In this document: positions 49,340 through 59,474 of the stretch, in pieces
Numbering within the stretch: position 1 is the stretch's first letter
Layout of the letters: each line of letters opens with the position of its first letter
Source: Nitrososphaerota archaeon
Lineage (GTDB): Archaea > Thermoproteota > EX4484-205 > JAAOZP01
DNA: 64,000 nt
Assembly (NCBI GenBank): GCA_011605725.1
Contig: JAAOZP010000017.1
Span: forward strand, 96,001 to 160,000
Direction: 5' to 3'
Notes under the pieces: model-generated
Database searches by the model: none
The model's input: only the letters and a program-made list of their open reading frames with translations
Told to the model about the DNA's origin: nothing
Made by a program: the position numbers and the translations under genes

Positions 49340-50134
49340 ATGACACTGGAGGTGAAGAGGCTTAGCACAGGGGTTGAGGGGCTGGACTCCCTGCTTCAAG
49401 GCGGAATACCGGAAGGGTTCTTCATCGCCGTCACCGGGGAACCAGGGTGTGGAAAAACAATACTCTCCATACATTTCATAAATAAGGGTGTTGAAGAGGG
49501 GGATAAGTGTATCTATGTCACAACCGAGGAGAGTAGGGAGTCGATAGTTAGACAGGCATCACAGTTTAAAATGGATTTCCAGAAGAGGATTGAAGAGGGC
49601 AAGATGATAATAATCGACGCCCTAATGGGTAGAGCAGACAAGTGGAGCCTGCAGAGCCTAGACATGGAGGCCCTCGTATCCAAGATAATAGAGGCTAAGA
49701 AGGAGCTTGGATACGGTAGGGCTAGGATCGTCATCGACAGTCTTTCAGCATTCTGGCTGGACAAGCCTGCAATGGCTAGGAGGTACAGCTACTATGTTAA
49801 GAAGGTTCTCTCCAAGTGGAATTTCACGATACTTGCTGTTAGCCAGTATGCGATAACCACTGCTGAGAGCTTCGGCTTCGGCGTAGAACACATAGCAGAC
49901 GGAATAATAAGGTTCAGAAGGCTTTTGAGAGGCGGAGAGTTGAAAAGATTCATCGTCATCGAGAAGATGAGGCAGACGGACCACAGCAGGTATCTGCATG
50001 AGATCGACATTAAACCAGGCGTAGGCCTGGTGGTTCTGGGTAGGGTTGAGAAAAGGGTTGAAGACTATAAGCTTCCCTCAGAAGTCATGAGGAAAATAGT
50101 TGAAGCGAGAAAAGAGGCTGAGAAAGAACTATGA
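49340..50134 (+). CDS. Single-domain KaiC-like ATPase
   Basis: RLSTGVEGLD, GEPGCGKT, TTEES, VIDS, VEHIADGII, EKMRQT. Confidence 0.92.
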   Translation: MTLEVKRLSTGVEGLDSLLQGGIPEGFFIAVTGEPGCGKTILSIHFINKGVEEGDKCIYVTTEESRESIVRQASQFKMDFQKRIEEGKMIIIDALMGRADKWSLQSLDMEALVSKIIEAKKELGYGRARIVIDSLSAFWLDKPAMARRYSYYVKKVLSKWNFTILAVSQYAITTAESFGFGVEHIADGIIRFRRLLRGGELKRFIVIEKMRQTDHSRYLHEIDIKPGVGLVVLGRVEKRVEDYKLPSEVMRKIVEARKEAEKEL

Positions 50135-51045
50135 GCCCCAGGATTCCTCTAGAACATTATGGAAAGCCTGAAGTAAGGAGAGAACTGGCTGATTATTGTA
50201 AGGGGCGCTGGATCGCCATCCACTGTGAAAAAATTAGAGAAAACAGTATGCGCATGATGATCAGGTATGAGAAAGGAAGACCATTAACCATAGGTTCCGA
50301 TTCAGAAGTAGCATTGTTAATCGAACGCTACAAACAGTACAGGCCGAGAGCCTTCTACGCTACACCCCACATATATTCCAAGCTTGAAACCAGGGAGGAT
50401 ATTCTGGATAGGAGTAACATTGTTTATTCTTCTCCCGTGTGGGATATAGATTCTAAGGATGGAGACTGGAGGAAAGTAGTTGGTAAAGCCCTGGAAATAG
50501 TCAGCCTGCTGGATAAGCTTGGGGTAGTTAAATCCGTCTTCGTAAAGTGGAGCGGCCGGGGTGCTCACGTCCACGTCAACCCTTTCTGCTTCACTGCTGA
50601 CATCAGGAGGAAAATAGAGCCGATTGACATAGCGTATTCAGTAACCTGTTTCATCGCCAATAGGCTTGAGCCTACAGAGGGACTCGTTGTCGAGAATCGG
50701 ATAGACATCCAGAGGGTTTTCACCATACCCTTATCTCTGCACAGGATTCTAGACCGTGTAGCAGTATGCATACCTCCTGAGAAACTGGAGGAGTTTGACA
50801 TAAGCTGGACGAACCCGGAGAATTATGTCCACTTTCCCGAATCCTGGAGACGATTTTCAGAAGGAGAGGGGGATGAGCTGGCTAGAACAGCTTTCGACTC
50901 AATAGGTCCTTACGTAGCTGGTAGACACAGGAGCCGGAGGCATAAGCGGCTTGACGACGAAATACTAGAGACGATGGAGAAACTTAGCCGCAGTATTCAG
51001 GAGGATACGTCTCTAAACAGCCATTTGAAAAACCCGCGGGTTTAG
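50131..51045 (+). CDS. Archaeo-eukaryotic primase (AEP) superfamily protein
   Basis: Motif I WDID, motif II WSGRGAHVH, motif III-like IDIQRVFTIPLSLH; ATGA overlap with the KaiC-like gene. Confidence 0.7.
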   Translation: MSPRIPLEHYGKPEVRRELADYCKGRWIAIHCEKIRENSMRMMIRYEKGRPLTIGSDSEVALLIERYKQYRPRAFYATPHIYSKLETREDILDRSNIVYSSPVWDIDSKDGDWRKVVGKALEIVSLLDKLGVVKSVFVKWSGRGAHVHVNPFCFTADIRRKIEPIDIAYSVTCFIANRLEPTEGLVVENRIDIQRVFTIPLSLHRILDRVAVCIPPEKLEEFDISWTNPENYVHFPESWRRFSEGEGDELARTAFDSIGPYVAGRHRSRRHKRLDDEILETMEKLSRSIQEDTSLNSHLKNPRV

Positions 51046-51130
51046 GAAATAAGGTATCAGAACCGGCTAGAACTTTGAAAAGCAGAGGATAATTGATAAG
51101 CCAACAGGTTGGAAAGGAAAGAGAACATGC

Positions 51131-51454
51131 TTATTGTTTTTTAAGTTCCGTGTTCATCCATTCCAAGTAGCTTCTGTTCCCGGAAACTATTTGCATCACA
51201 ATAATCTCTGGAACCTCGTACGAATGATTTTCTCTAATAGTTTTCTCAAGTTCTTCATACAAGTCCTCTCTACTCTTGATTATGCATAACCATTCTTCTG
51301 CCTTCTCAACCCTCCCTTTCCACCAGTATAGGCTCGATACTGGACCCACTACTTGAACACATCCTGCCAGTCTCCTTTCCAACAGTATTCTTGCAATCTT
51401 CTCAGCATCCTCCCTTTTCCCTGTCGTCGTGAAAACCTGAATATACATGTCCAT
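51131..51454 (-). CDS. cutA: Divalent-cation tolerance protein CutA
   Basis: LAGCVQ, SLYWWKG, HSYEVPEII, YLEW. Confidence 0.95.
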   Translation of the reverse strand: MDMYIQVFTTTGKREDAEKIARILLERRLAGCVQVVGPVSSLYWWKGRVEKAEEWLCIIKSREDLYEELEKTIRENHSYEVPEIIVMQIVSGNRSYLEWMNTELKKQ

Positions 51455-51514
51455 GAAGCAAGTCAGCCAGAGCCCTTTAAGAATTTTACAGTAAACAGGG
51501 TTGAAGCCTTTAAC

Positions 51515-51943
51515 TCAGACAGCCCTTAGAAGTCTCAGACCCGTCGCCACGTCTGGAACCCGGTTGAACGAGACCCCCGTAATCTCTGCCACCACTATTT
51601 CCGCAAGATAAAGTATTCGGCTTCCCGGCTCTAAGTGCCCCCCGTAAGTACCCTTACCATTGGAGACAGAGATATGCGCATGAAGCCTACCGTCAGCTAT
51701 CACGCCACTTACCGAGTTTATTTCTAAAGGACCATCCATGTCAACATACTCCTCCTCAGGCGGAAGCTTCTCGGAAGTAACCCTGTGAATGCGACAGTTT
51801 TCAAGAGTACCTATTGCAGAGAGTATGACGCCGTTTGTAACATGGTTGCTCCGGGCGCTGGTTTCAATCGTTTCTAAAAGATCCTCGCCACGGTCCCCTC
51901 TCAACACGATAATTCTCCCTAATCCTGCCTCCCAGGAGTCCAT
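51515..51943 (-). CDS. PPC/DUF296 domain protein
   Basis: GEDLL, SAIGTL, HAHIS, GGHL. Confidence 0.9.
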   Translation of the reverse strand: MDSWEAGLGRIIVLRGDRGEDLLETIETSARSNHVTNGVILSAIGTLENCRIHRVTSEKLPPEEEYVDMDGPLEINSVSGVIADGRLHAHISVSNGKGTYGGHLEPGSRILYLAEIVVAEITGVSFNRVPDVATGLRLLRAV

Positions 51944-51953
51944 CTTTAACCTC

Positions 51954-52661
51954 CTAAAGCCTTATGCCAAACTTCTCTAAATAAGGCTTCTGGTTAGCAC
52001 GGTCCTCTTGAAACTGCCGCAGCGCTCTCTCCGAAACCGCTTCAACCAGCTCTCTTGGGACGACTACCACTCCGTCATCGTCACCCATCACGAAGTCCCC
52101 GGGCTCCACAGGCACGTTCCCAACAGTAACAGGTACGTTAACGTCCTCAGGCCTCAGGATAAGCCTCCCCACAGTCTCAGTGCGACCTACCCCCCTGCAG
52201 AAAACAGGAAACCTTTCCCTCCTTATTTCAGCTACATCCCTGCAACCACCATCTATCACTAGCCCAGCTATGCCCCTGTCCCTTGCGATTAAAGCGATGT
52301 AAGAACCCCAGAAGCCAACCCTAGTGTAGCCGCCGGCGTCTGCAACAAGGACATGACCAGGCTCAGCCAACCTCAGGAAGAGCTCAGCATTGTTTCTATC
52401 CCTATACCATTCAGAGGCATAGTGATCATATTCCTCAGGCGACATGCTTGGTATTGGCTCCCTTGCCTTAACCAGCCTTATCGTCAGCGCGACGCCTACC
52501 ATCTTTACGTCGTTGAAGAGAGGCCTTATCTCCTCCGACATTATTGTAGAATCATGAACATTATACCTGTCTAACGCGTCTATGACGTCCGCGGTACGCA
52601 CCTCTGCTAGACGTTTTAAAAGCTCTCTATCCTCATCGGAAACCAGACCCCTGGCTTTCAT
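51954..52661 (-). CDS. RraA/HMG-aldolase family protein
   Basis: VIDAL, FWGS, GLVIDGGCRD, FPVF, PGDFVMGDDDGVVVVP. Confidence 0.9.
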   Translation of the reverse strand: MKARGLVSDEDRELLKRLAEVRTADVIDALDRYNVHDSTIMSEEIRPLFNDVKMVGVALTIRLVKAREPIPSMSPEEYDHYASEWYRDRNNAELFLRLAEPGHVLVADAGGYTRVGFWGSYIALIARDRGIAGLVIDGGCRDVAEIRRERFPVFCRGVGRTETVGRLILRPEDVNVPVTVGNVPVEPGDFVMGDDDGVVVVPRELVEAVSERALRQFQEDRANQKPYLEKFGIRL

Positions 52662-52769
52662 TCCAAACCGTCAAGAACCCTACTCGTGTAACCACTAATA
52701 AGTCTATCCGATTAACCTTTGAATGCTTAACCATGGAAAAGCTTATCCCATCGCCGTCAACTATGAAGC

Positions 52770-53795
52770 ATGATGCCAAGAGGCATGCTTCACTTGCCTA
52801 AGCCGGTTTCAGCCGGCATAATCCTCTCCTATAAGTGTAGCAGCACGTGTAAACACTGCATGTACGCTTGCTCCCCGAAGTGGAGGGCTGACTGGCCTAC
52901 TGAGAGAAGCATCGAGCTGATCCTTAGAAAGTTGGCTTCAAGCATTAAGCCCAGCCCAAAAGGCTGTGAAAACGTCAGCCTGAACCATGGGCTGCATTTT
53001 ACTGGAGGAGAGCCGTTTCTGAATTTTCAGCTTCTTCTGAAAGCGGTTATGATTGCGGATGAGCTTAGAATCCCGTCGATATTCGTCGAAACAAATTGCT
53101 TCTGGTGTGTTGACGATGAACAGGTTAGAGAGAAGTTTACGGCTCTAAAACAGGCCGGGTTAAAAGGGATACTGGTCAGTGTAAATCCTTTCATACTTGA
53201 GCAGGTTCCCTTCGAAAGAACTCAGAGAGCCATTAAGATAGGCAGGGAGATATTCGGAGGGAACACGATGATATACCAGGAAACGTATTACCACCGGTTT
53301 AAGAGCCTCCGTATAAGTGATACTCTAACTCTGGACCAGTATCTGGAGAGAGACGCGTGGGCACTGCGCTTCTCCGAGCTTCTTCCAATGGGGAGGGCTT
53401 GCTACAGGCTTAAACACTTTTTTGCGAAATATCCAGCTAAAGCCTTCTTCGACGAATCATGCATATCGGAGCTGACTAGAAGCTGGCATGTTCACGTTGA
53501 CAACTATTTCAACTATGTGGCAGGGTATTGTGGGGGAATATCCCTCGGGGACGCGAGAGACCTGGATGCTTTAACCAGCGGGGTAGACCTTCAGGATAAG
53601 CCCGTATTGAATTCGCTTGTCGAAAGCCTTGGGAGGCTTTACGAGTTTGCAGTCAGGGAGTTCAACTATAGGGAGAGGGAGGAGGGATATGTTTCCAAGT
53701 GCCATCTTTGCGTGGACATAAGAAGACACATAGTTGAGCAGACAGATGAGTTTAAGGAGCTTCAGCCGAGAGAACTATATTTTAATCTAGAGTAG
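52770..53795 (+). CDS. Radical SAM protein of unknown function
   Basis: CSSTCKHC, FTGGEPF, VETN, C-terminal CHLC. Confidence 0.88.
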   Translation: MMPRGMLHLPKPVSAGIILSYKCSSTCKHCMYACSPKWRADWPTERSIELILRKLASSIKPSPKGCENVSLNHGLHFTGGEPFLNFQLLLKAVMIADELRIPSIFVETNCFWCVDDEQVREKFTALKQAGLKGILVSVNPFILEQVPFERTQRAIKIGREIFGGNTMIYQETYYHRFKSLRISDTLTLDQYLERDAWALRFSELLPMGRACYRLKHFFAKYPAKAFFDESCISELTRSWHVHVDNYFNYVAGYCGGISLGDARDLDALTSGVDLQDKPVLNSLVESLGRLYEFAVREFNYREREEGYVSKCHLCVDIRRHIVEQTDEFKELQPRELYFNLE

Positions 53796-53922
53796 CGACT
53801 AGCCTATCTTAAAGTAATCATGGCGTAAAATAAAAAAGTTAATAGCGCGGCTAAAAACACTGCTGTCGTCGAAAACAACGATTAAACTTTTAAAGAGTGT
53901 TAAAGGCACATGGAATTGAAAA

Positions 53923-54138
53923 ATGGGAGGCGGAGCTATTCCTTTAGCTAAGAGAAGAAAAGGCATTACACCATACTGGAGGCGAGCGAGAGGGTTTTCA
54001 CTTGGAGAATTAAAAGAAGCCGGCCTGACCGTTGACCAGGCTAGAAAGCTTGGGCTAACTATAGATCTTAGGAGGAATTCTAAGCATGATGAGAATGTTA
54101 AGAGGCTTAGGGAGCTCCTGGGCCTTAAACCCGCGTAG
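53923..54138 (+). CDS. rpl13e: 50S ribosomal protein eL13
   Basis: RGFSLGELKEAGL...ARKLGLTIDLRRNS.H.ENV..L. Confidence 0.92.
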   Translation: MGGGAIPLAKRRKGITPYWRRARGFSLGELKEAGLTVDQARKLGLTIDLRRNSKHDENVKRLRELLGLKPA

Positions 54139-54148
54139 CGCAAATTAT

Positions 54149-54952
54149 TCAAATTTTTCTCTCCAAGATTCTCCGCTTGCTTAAGGTGGCTATACGCTCA
54201 TAGCCAAAAGCCTTCACGTAGCTTATTAAAGAATCGTAAGCGTAGTCTATTTCTTCAACGGAATGCGCGTCAGTACCCAGCGTCAAAGGTATTTCTAGTT
54301 CACGAGCCTTCCTCATGATTCTGTGTGAGGGATATATTGAGTTAACCGGTTGTCTTAAGCCTCTTGAAGACGCTTCAATACACATTTCATGCTGTTTAAC
54401 AAGGTTTAACACTTTCTGCTCATCCATGGAACCATCGCCAGGGTTAAACCCCCATATTCTCACTATGTCGATGTGACCAATAACGTGGAAAAGACCTGTC
54501 TCTACAGCTTTACTGACGAGACGCATATACTTGGAGTAAAAAACGTTGAAACCGTTACTCCCTATCTCCCTTTCCACCAGGATTCTATGCTTAGGAGAAT
54601 CGATGCAAATCCCCCCGACAAAGTGCACGCTGCCCATTATAAAGTCGAAGTCATAACTGTCCAAAACGTTCTCTAAAAACCTCTCGTTTCCAGGAATGTA
54701 ATCAACCTCCAGCCCGAGCCTCACAGCCAGCCTGCCCCCATACTTTTCACGAGCCATCTCAGCTTCTTTAACATAGTTTTCAAGCTTAAGCCAGTCTAAA
54801 GAGTGAGCAGTCGAAGAACCGTCTGGGAAAACAGTCAAATGATCAGTGAAAGCGATTTCCTCAAAGCCTTTGCGAATCGCTGCCTCACAATAGTCAAGCA
54901 TGCTGGATGAACCATCGCTAAACATGGTGTGAATATGATAGTTGATTCTCAC
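54149..54952 (-). CDS. PHP-family histidinol-phosphatase (HisJ-like)
   Basis: YHIHT.FSDG, FTDH, GLEVDY, GSVH, GHID, GTDAH. Confidence 0.85.
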   Translation of the reverse strand: MRINYHIHTMFSDGSSSMLDYCEAAIRKGFEEIAFTDHLTVFPDGSSTAHSLDWLKLENYVKEAEMAREKYGGRLAVRLGLEVDYIPGNERFLENVLDSYDFDFIMGSVHFVGGICIDSPKHRILVEREIGSNGFNVFYSKYMRLVSKAVETGLFHVIGHIDIVRIWGFNPGDGSMDEQKVLNLVKQHEMCIEASSRGLRQPVNSIYPSHRIMRKARELEIPLTLGTDAHSVEEIDYAYDSLISYVKAFGYERIATLSKRRILERKI

Positions 54953-55018
54953 AGACGGCTTAACTCTCCCCCATTTTTAAAAATTATGCTAGGATGAAGC
55001 CTGAAGACCATGTTGCTT

Positions 55019-55732
55019 TTAAAGGTAGCCTCTTTCCCTCGCCTCCTCCAGTATTGCAACCGTCGAAGACGTCCCTATCCTCGCTGCACCAAGCTGTTTA
55101 AGCCTCAGCAGGTCGTCAAGCGTACGGATTCGACCTGCCGCCTTTATCTGAATCTCCGGGATACACTCCCTACGCATCAGAATAACGTCACTATCAACAG
55201 CACCTCTATACATGTATGTTCCATCGGGTTGCTTGACGAAACCGTATCCTGTAGATGTTTTAACGAACGCTACACGGTGCTTATTGCACACGTGGCACAG
55301 CTTTACCTTGCAGTCATCCGTAAGATAGTCGTTTTCAAAAATCACTTTAACTATAGCACCTTTTTCAACAGCAGTATCGTTAACCGCTTTAATCTCCCTT
55401 GAAACATAATCCCAGTCGCCGCTTAAAACCTTCCCAATGTTTACTACGAAGTCTATTTCAGTGGCACCGTCTTCACAAGCCTTCTCAGTCTCCATCACCT
55501 TTATTTCCGTATTGCTGCTACCATGGGGAAAACCAACCACGGTGCAGACAGCCACGCTCGAGCCTGAAAGCATCTCTTTCGCAAGCCTAACTGCATAAGG
55601 CTTAATGCATACTGCAGCAACATTATATTTTTTAGCCACTAGACACCCCGCCTTAAGATCCTCGTCCGTGAGAGTAGGATGGAGAAGCGAGTGGTCAATC
55701 ATCCTCGAAATGGATTCGAGCGACTTAACCAT
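55019..55732 (-). CDS. deoC: Deoxyribose-phosphate aldolase
   Basis: IDHSLL, VVGFPHG, EIDFV, KVIFE, FVKTSTG, IKAAG, RIGTS. Confidence 0.95.
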   Translation of the reverse strand: MVKSLESISRMIDHSLLHPTLTDEDLKAGCLVAKKYNVAAVCIKPYAVRLAKEMLSGSSVAVCTVVGFPHGSSNTEIKVMETEKACEDGATEIDFVVNIGKVLSGDWDYVSREIKAVNDTAVEKGAIVKVIFENDYLTDDCKVKLCHVCNKHRVAFVKTSTGYGFVKQPDGTYMYRGAVDSDVILMRRECIPEIQIKAAGRIRTLDDLLRLKQLGAARIGTSSTVAILEEARERGYL

Positions 55733-55979
55733 CGGTAACTTTAACAATATTCAAGGCACAATATAAGCATATCTTAAGACAATTCAAACTTACTATTCGC
55801 TGGTTTCTAACCGTCCCTCTTCCCCAACTCTATTCATCCGCATACGTGCTGCGGCTTGAATCTGGATTGTGGAAACTCACGTAACGTGATTACCCTGCGG
55901 GAACACGGATTGCAAGCTTGAAATGCGAGCCGGCTTTAAATAATCATTCGTATCTGGTGTTATTGGAGGTGAAGGAAAT

Positions 55980-56096
55980 ATGGTTTGGAGGAAAAGAAAC
56001 GGGGAAAAGAAGATTGACTGGGAGGAGGTTGCGAAAGATCTTCGAGCAGACATTCCCCCCAGAGACCGCCGACATGTGAGAGTCTGCTTCAAGTAG
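55980..56096 (+). CDS. Small 38-aa ORF not in the supplied track
   Basis: TATA TTTAAATA, SD GGAGGTGA 7 nt before ATG; MVWRKRNGEKKIDWEEVAKDLRADIPPRDRRHVRVCFK. Confidence 0.5.
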   Translation: MVWRKRNGEKKIDWEEVAKDLRADIPPRDRRHVRVCFK

Positions 56097-56222
56097 ACCC
56101 AACTCTAATTCATGGTTCACTTTTTCTTATTTTAAAAATCTCCTTACTTGCATGTCTTGAAAACAAGTCTACTTTAAAAATCCTCTTAAAACTTATAAGA
56201 GTGTCGGGAGACTACGCTCTAG

Positions 56223-59200
56223 ATGTTTAAACATGGACTATTGATGATTTTTTCCACCCTCTTACTCGTAACGATGACGACAGTTTGTGAGAAACCCCTC
56301 TCAGCGCAAGTTAGCTACGTTAACTACACCATTGTTTTAAACGTCGAAGTATTGTTCGACCAGCCTCCGCAAAAAACCGTTAATTTCACCATGTGGCTTG
56401 GGCAATACGGTTTTTCATGGAGCATGAATCAAACAGGCAGCTTAACTCAGAAGCGTGAAATAAGTTTAGATGCATACATAGCGCAGAATCAGCGTCTACT
56501 TCTTCCCTACAGCATCTTGTTACATACTGATTCGTGTCTCCAGCTAAACAGGCTGGCAGTTATGACTGACTACTATGGCACTGTTCAGAGCTGGAGCGTA
56601 AGGCTTCTTGACAGGAACTATACTTACTATATTGACCAGCTTAGGTGGAGCAGCACATACCGATTTGAATCCAGCGTAGATTCTATACTGGATTACCGTG
56701 TAAACAACACGGGTAGAATAATCAACATCCGCTTTACACTGAGGGCAAGCTTAGCCAAGCTTTACAAGCTTGACCTAACACCTTTTCAAAGGCTTGACAC
56801 TAGACTCCTGTTCGAAGAGCCCACGGGGACTCACATAGGTTTTTTCGAGAATGGAAGCCGCTTTCTAATAGTACGCATTAATGCAGATAACTTGAAGCTT
56901 TCGGGCAGATATTTGCTTGAGCTCCACACACTTGAATCAAGCCCGATACGGATCGTATTCCCGTTCCAAATGAACTTGAACTTGAACAGGGAAACCCTTA
57001 AAATCGGGCCAGTAATTTTCAGAGCGCTTTTCAACTCGACTGATAACCTGATTAGAGCTTCAGATGAGTTTCTGAGTGAAACGAGGATTTACGCTCCAGA
57101 CATATCTTCAAAGCTTCAACAGGCAAGATCATACTTAAACGATGTTAGACAAGTAAACCTGGAGGGACTTACGAATATTTTTCCACTTGAGGGAGCTATT
57201 AATCTGGTTTGCGAAGCCAGCAGCAGCATCGGTATGCTAGTCTTATCATCGGGGATGCTGATCGTCCCGATCGTGCTGACTATAATTCTAATAGCGGGTG
57301 CAGTTGTCTCGCACCTAATATTCAACGGAAGCAGGAAATTGACGATTATTCTCTTCATGCTCTTCTCATTGATAGCTTTCGGACTTCACCCAGGTTTAAG
57401 ACTAATACTCTTCTCAACAAAGCCGAAAGCATTGATAGACCTTTGGTCCGTTTCAAACCTCACGTATGGAATACCATTCCAACTTCTTCCACTCGCATCA
57501 ATCACCATAAGCATTATACTTTTGCTTTTGACGGCGCGACTAATGCTCAGGTATTCGGGAACAGCCACGATCCATAGCCTGGCTGCATCAACCGCGGTTA
57601 GAATGCTTAAAAGCAGGAGGCTTAGAGGCGCCCTAGTAATACTTACCGTTTCAACAATAGCGATGGCAACTGTCCCAGCCATAACTCTGAAAACGGTCGT
57701 GCCACTCGTAACCTCGTTTCAAGAAGCCCGGGACGGGGAAGGAAAGATTTTTTTCTCAAAAACTTGGCTGGCGAGAGTAGTGGAATCAACTCCTGCAGGC
57801 ACTTTTGAGGAAAAGTATAACGGGCTGTTTTTAATGAGTCTTGAGGAGGCTGCTTTCTACGCGGGGAAACTTGGGATGTTGGAATACACGCCGATATGCA
57901 TAGCTTTCTGCAAACTCGGGCCTTTGCAAACAGGATCTTCCTCAAGCAGGTTAAACCTTACCGGGCCGGGTGGAATAAACATCACTATTCCAGTGGAGTC
58001 GGACAACCAAGAGCTAGGAGGCTTAATAATATTTGTGAACCTCACCTTCATGAGAAATCATCTGGGATTAAACTTTTCAGGAGATTTTAAAAACGGCATT
58101 CTAGTTGACAAGGAGTATTTGAAGAAACAGTTTTTCCCAAGCCAGTTAAACGTGATGGGTTTAAATCTGAATGTCACAGGAGTATTCGACAAATCTACTC
58201 TAAAAATGCCGGATGGAGAAGGATTGGAGAACTATCTTAGAGGCAGACCACTCTTCGTAGGGACCATTAGCTGGGATGCTGTGCAAACGCCGATTAAATT
58301 GTCAAACGATAATTTTTTAACTGAGGGCAACAGGATGCTCATCATATCAAGCCCGGTGATTGGGCTGGTTGATATTGGGACTGTGAAGAACCTTCCCGTT
58401 TTTAAAAGAGTCGTAGCCTTTATAGGAACCTATCCTGATGCCAGGCTTTTTGAAATAGAGAACTATTTGAAGACTCTAGTCTCGTCTCATAAGATTTGGC
58501 TCAGCCGTGCCATAACCACTGGCGGATCAGGAATCTCTATTGACTTTGTCTCCTCTTACTCGGCAATCATTAGTAAAGGCTCGCAGCTTGAAACCATTCA
58601 GCTCGGAACCCCGCTTGTAATGGCTCTAGGCAGTTGGGAATCCATTCTCATGATGATACTCATAGGCTCCCTCATCATTCTAAACGCGATGTTAAATTCA
58701 ATATACGAACGGAGAAAGGAATCAGTAATAATGTCCAGCCTAGGGGCATCCCCAAGCTTCATAACCTATCTGTTTTTAACGGAAGGATTGATAATAGGGG
58801 TAATGGGAGGCTGCTTGGGATATGTTGCCGGCTATGTCTGGGCATATTCAATAGGTGCTAGCAGTCCTGAAATATTTACTGAGCTGTATAGTCTAACCCC
58901 CCTGCTGCTGGTTTTCGTAATTGCAATCCTGGTTACGGGCATTGGTTCAGCCTTTCCTGCGAAGGAGGCAATTCTCAAAATAGTCCCGAGTAAAATCATG
59001 CTTGTCAGGGGGGAAATCGCCATCAAAACCGAGAGGGATGGTTCTAAAAGAGCATCTACACCTATCCGGCTAAAAAGGGATCATTTGGAACAATTCTCCT
59101 CACACGTAATAAACATGGCGCAGTCCCATTCCTACTCTCTCTACGGTATTATAATCCACTCCTATGAGAAGGAGGAGGACGGAGTGAGGCTGAAACTAAG

Positions 59201-59441
59201 CTATAGGGCGATTTCCGGCCTTTCTGAAAGGACAGCGGATTACGACGTGGAGATTAAGTATGTTCCTGACAGAAGCTTCTACAATGTTGAGTTGATTGTT
59301 AAGAATATCGAGAGAAGCTCGTATGCATATGTAGAGTATAAAGCGTTAATGAAGTCGATGCTTTATGAGCTGCGTGACGAGCTTTTGAAGATTACTGTTT
59401 CAGAGCAGTGGACATCCGGCAAAAAGGAGAATACGTTGTAA
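56223..59441 (+). CDS. Large MacB/FtsX-like permease with an N-terminal ectodomain
   Basis: Signal peptide; KSRRLRGALV; SIYERRKESVIMSSLGASP...FLTEG; same layout as the C-terminal half of 39869..44422. Confidence 0.8.
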   Translation: MFKHGLLMIFSTLLLVTMTTVCEKPLSAQVSYVNYTIVLNVEVLFDQPPQKTVNFTMWLGQYGFSWSMNQTGSLTQKREISLDAYIAQNQRLLLPYSILLHTDSCLQLNRLAVMTDYYGTVQSWSVRLLDRNYTYYIDQLRWSSTYRFESSVDSILDYRVNNTGRIINIRFTLRASLAKLYKLDLTPFQRLDTRLLFEEPTGTHIGFFENGSRFLIVRINADNLKLSGRYLLELHTLESSPIRIVFPFQMNLNLNRETLKIGPVIFRALFNSTDNLIRASDEFLSETRIYAPDISSKLQQARSYLNDVRQVNLEGLTNIFPLEGAINLVCEASSSIGMLVLSSGMLIVPIVLTIILIAGAVVSHLIFNGSRKLTIILFMLFSLIAFGLHPGLRLILFSTKPKALIDLWSVSNLTYGIPFQLLPLASITISIILLLLTARLMLRYSGTATIHSLAASTAVRMLKSRRLRGALVILTVSTIAMATVPAITLKTVVPLVTSFQEARDGEGKIFFSKTWLARVVESTPAGTFEEKYNGLFLMSLEEAAFYAGKLGMLEYTPICIAFCKLGPLQTGSSSSRLNLTGPGGINITIPVESDNQELGGLIIFVNLTFMRNHLGLNFSGDFKNGILVDKEYLKKQFFPSQLNVMGLNLNVTGVFDKSTLKMPDGEGLENYLRGRPLFVGTISWDAVQTPIKLSNDNFLTEGNRMLIISSPVIGLVDIGTVKNLPVFKRVVAFIGTYPDARLFEIENYLKTLVSSHKIWLSRAITTGGSGISIDFVSSYSAIISKGSQLETIQLGTPLVMALGSWESILMMILIGSLIILNAMLNSIYERRKESVIMSSLGASPSFITYLFLTEGLIIGVMGGCLGYVAGYVWAYSIGASSPEIFTELYSLTPLLLVFVIAILVTGIGSAFPAKEAILKIVPSKIMLVRGEIAIKTERDGSKRASTPIRLKRDHLEQFSSHVINMAQSHSYSLYGIIIHSYEKEEDGVRLKLSYRAISGLSERTADYDVEIKYVPDRSFYNVELIVKNIERSSYAYVEYKALMKSMLYELRDELLKITVSEQWTSGKKENTL

Positions 59442-59474
59442 AAATTTTTAAGCTGAACCTTCTACAGACTACTG

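Noticed and set aside
53799-54152. 117-aa minus-strand ORF
   Set aside because: Antisense shadow of the clearly recognisable eL13 gene
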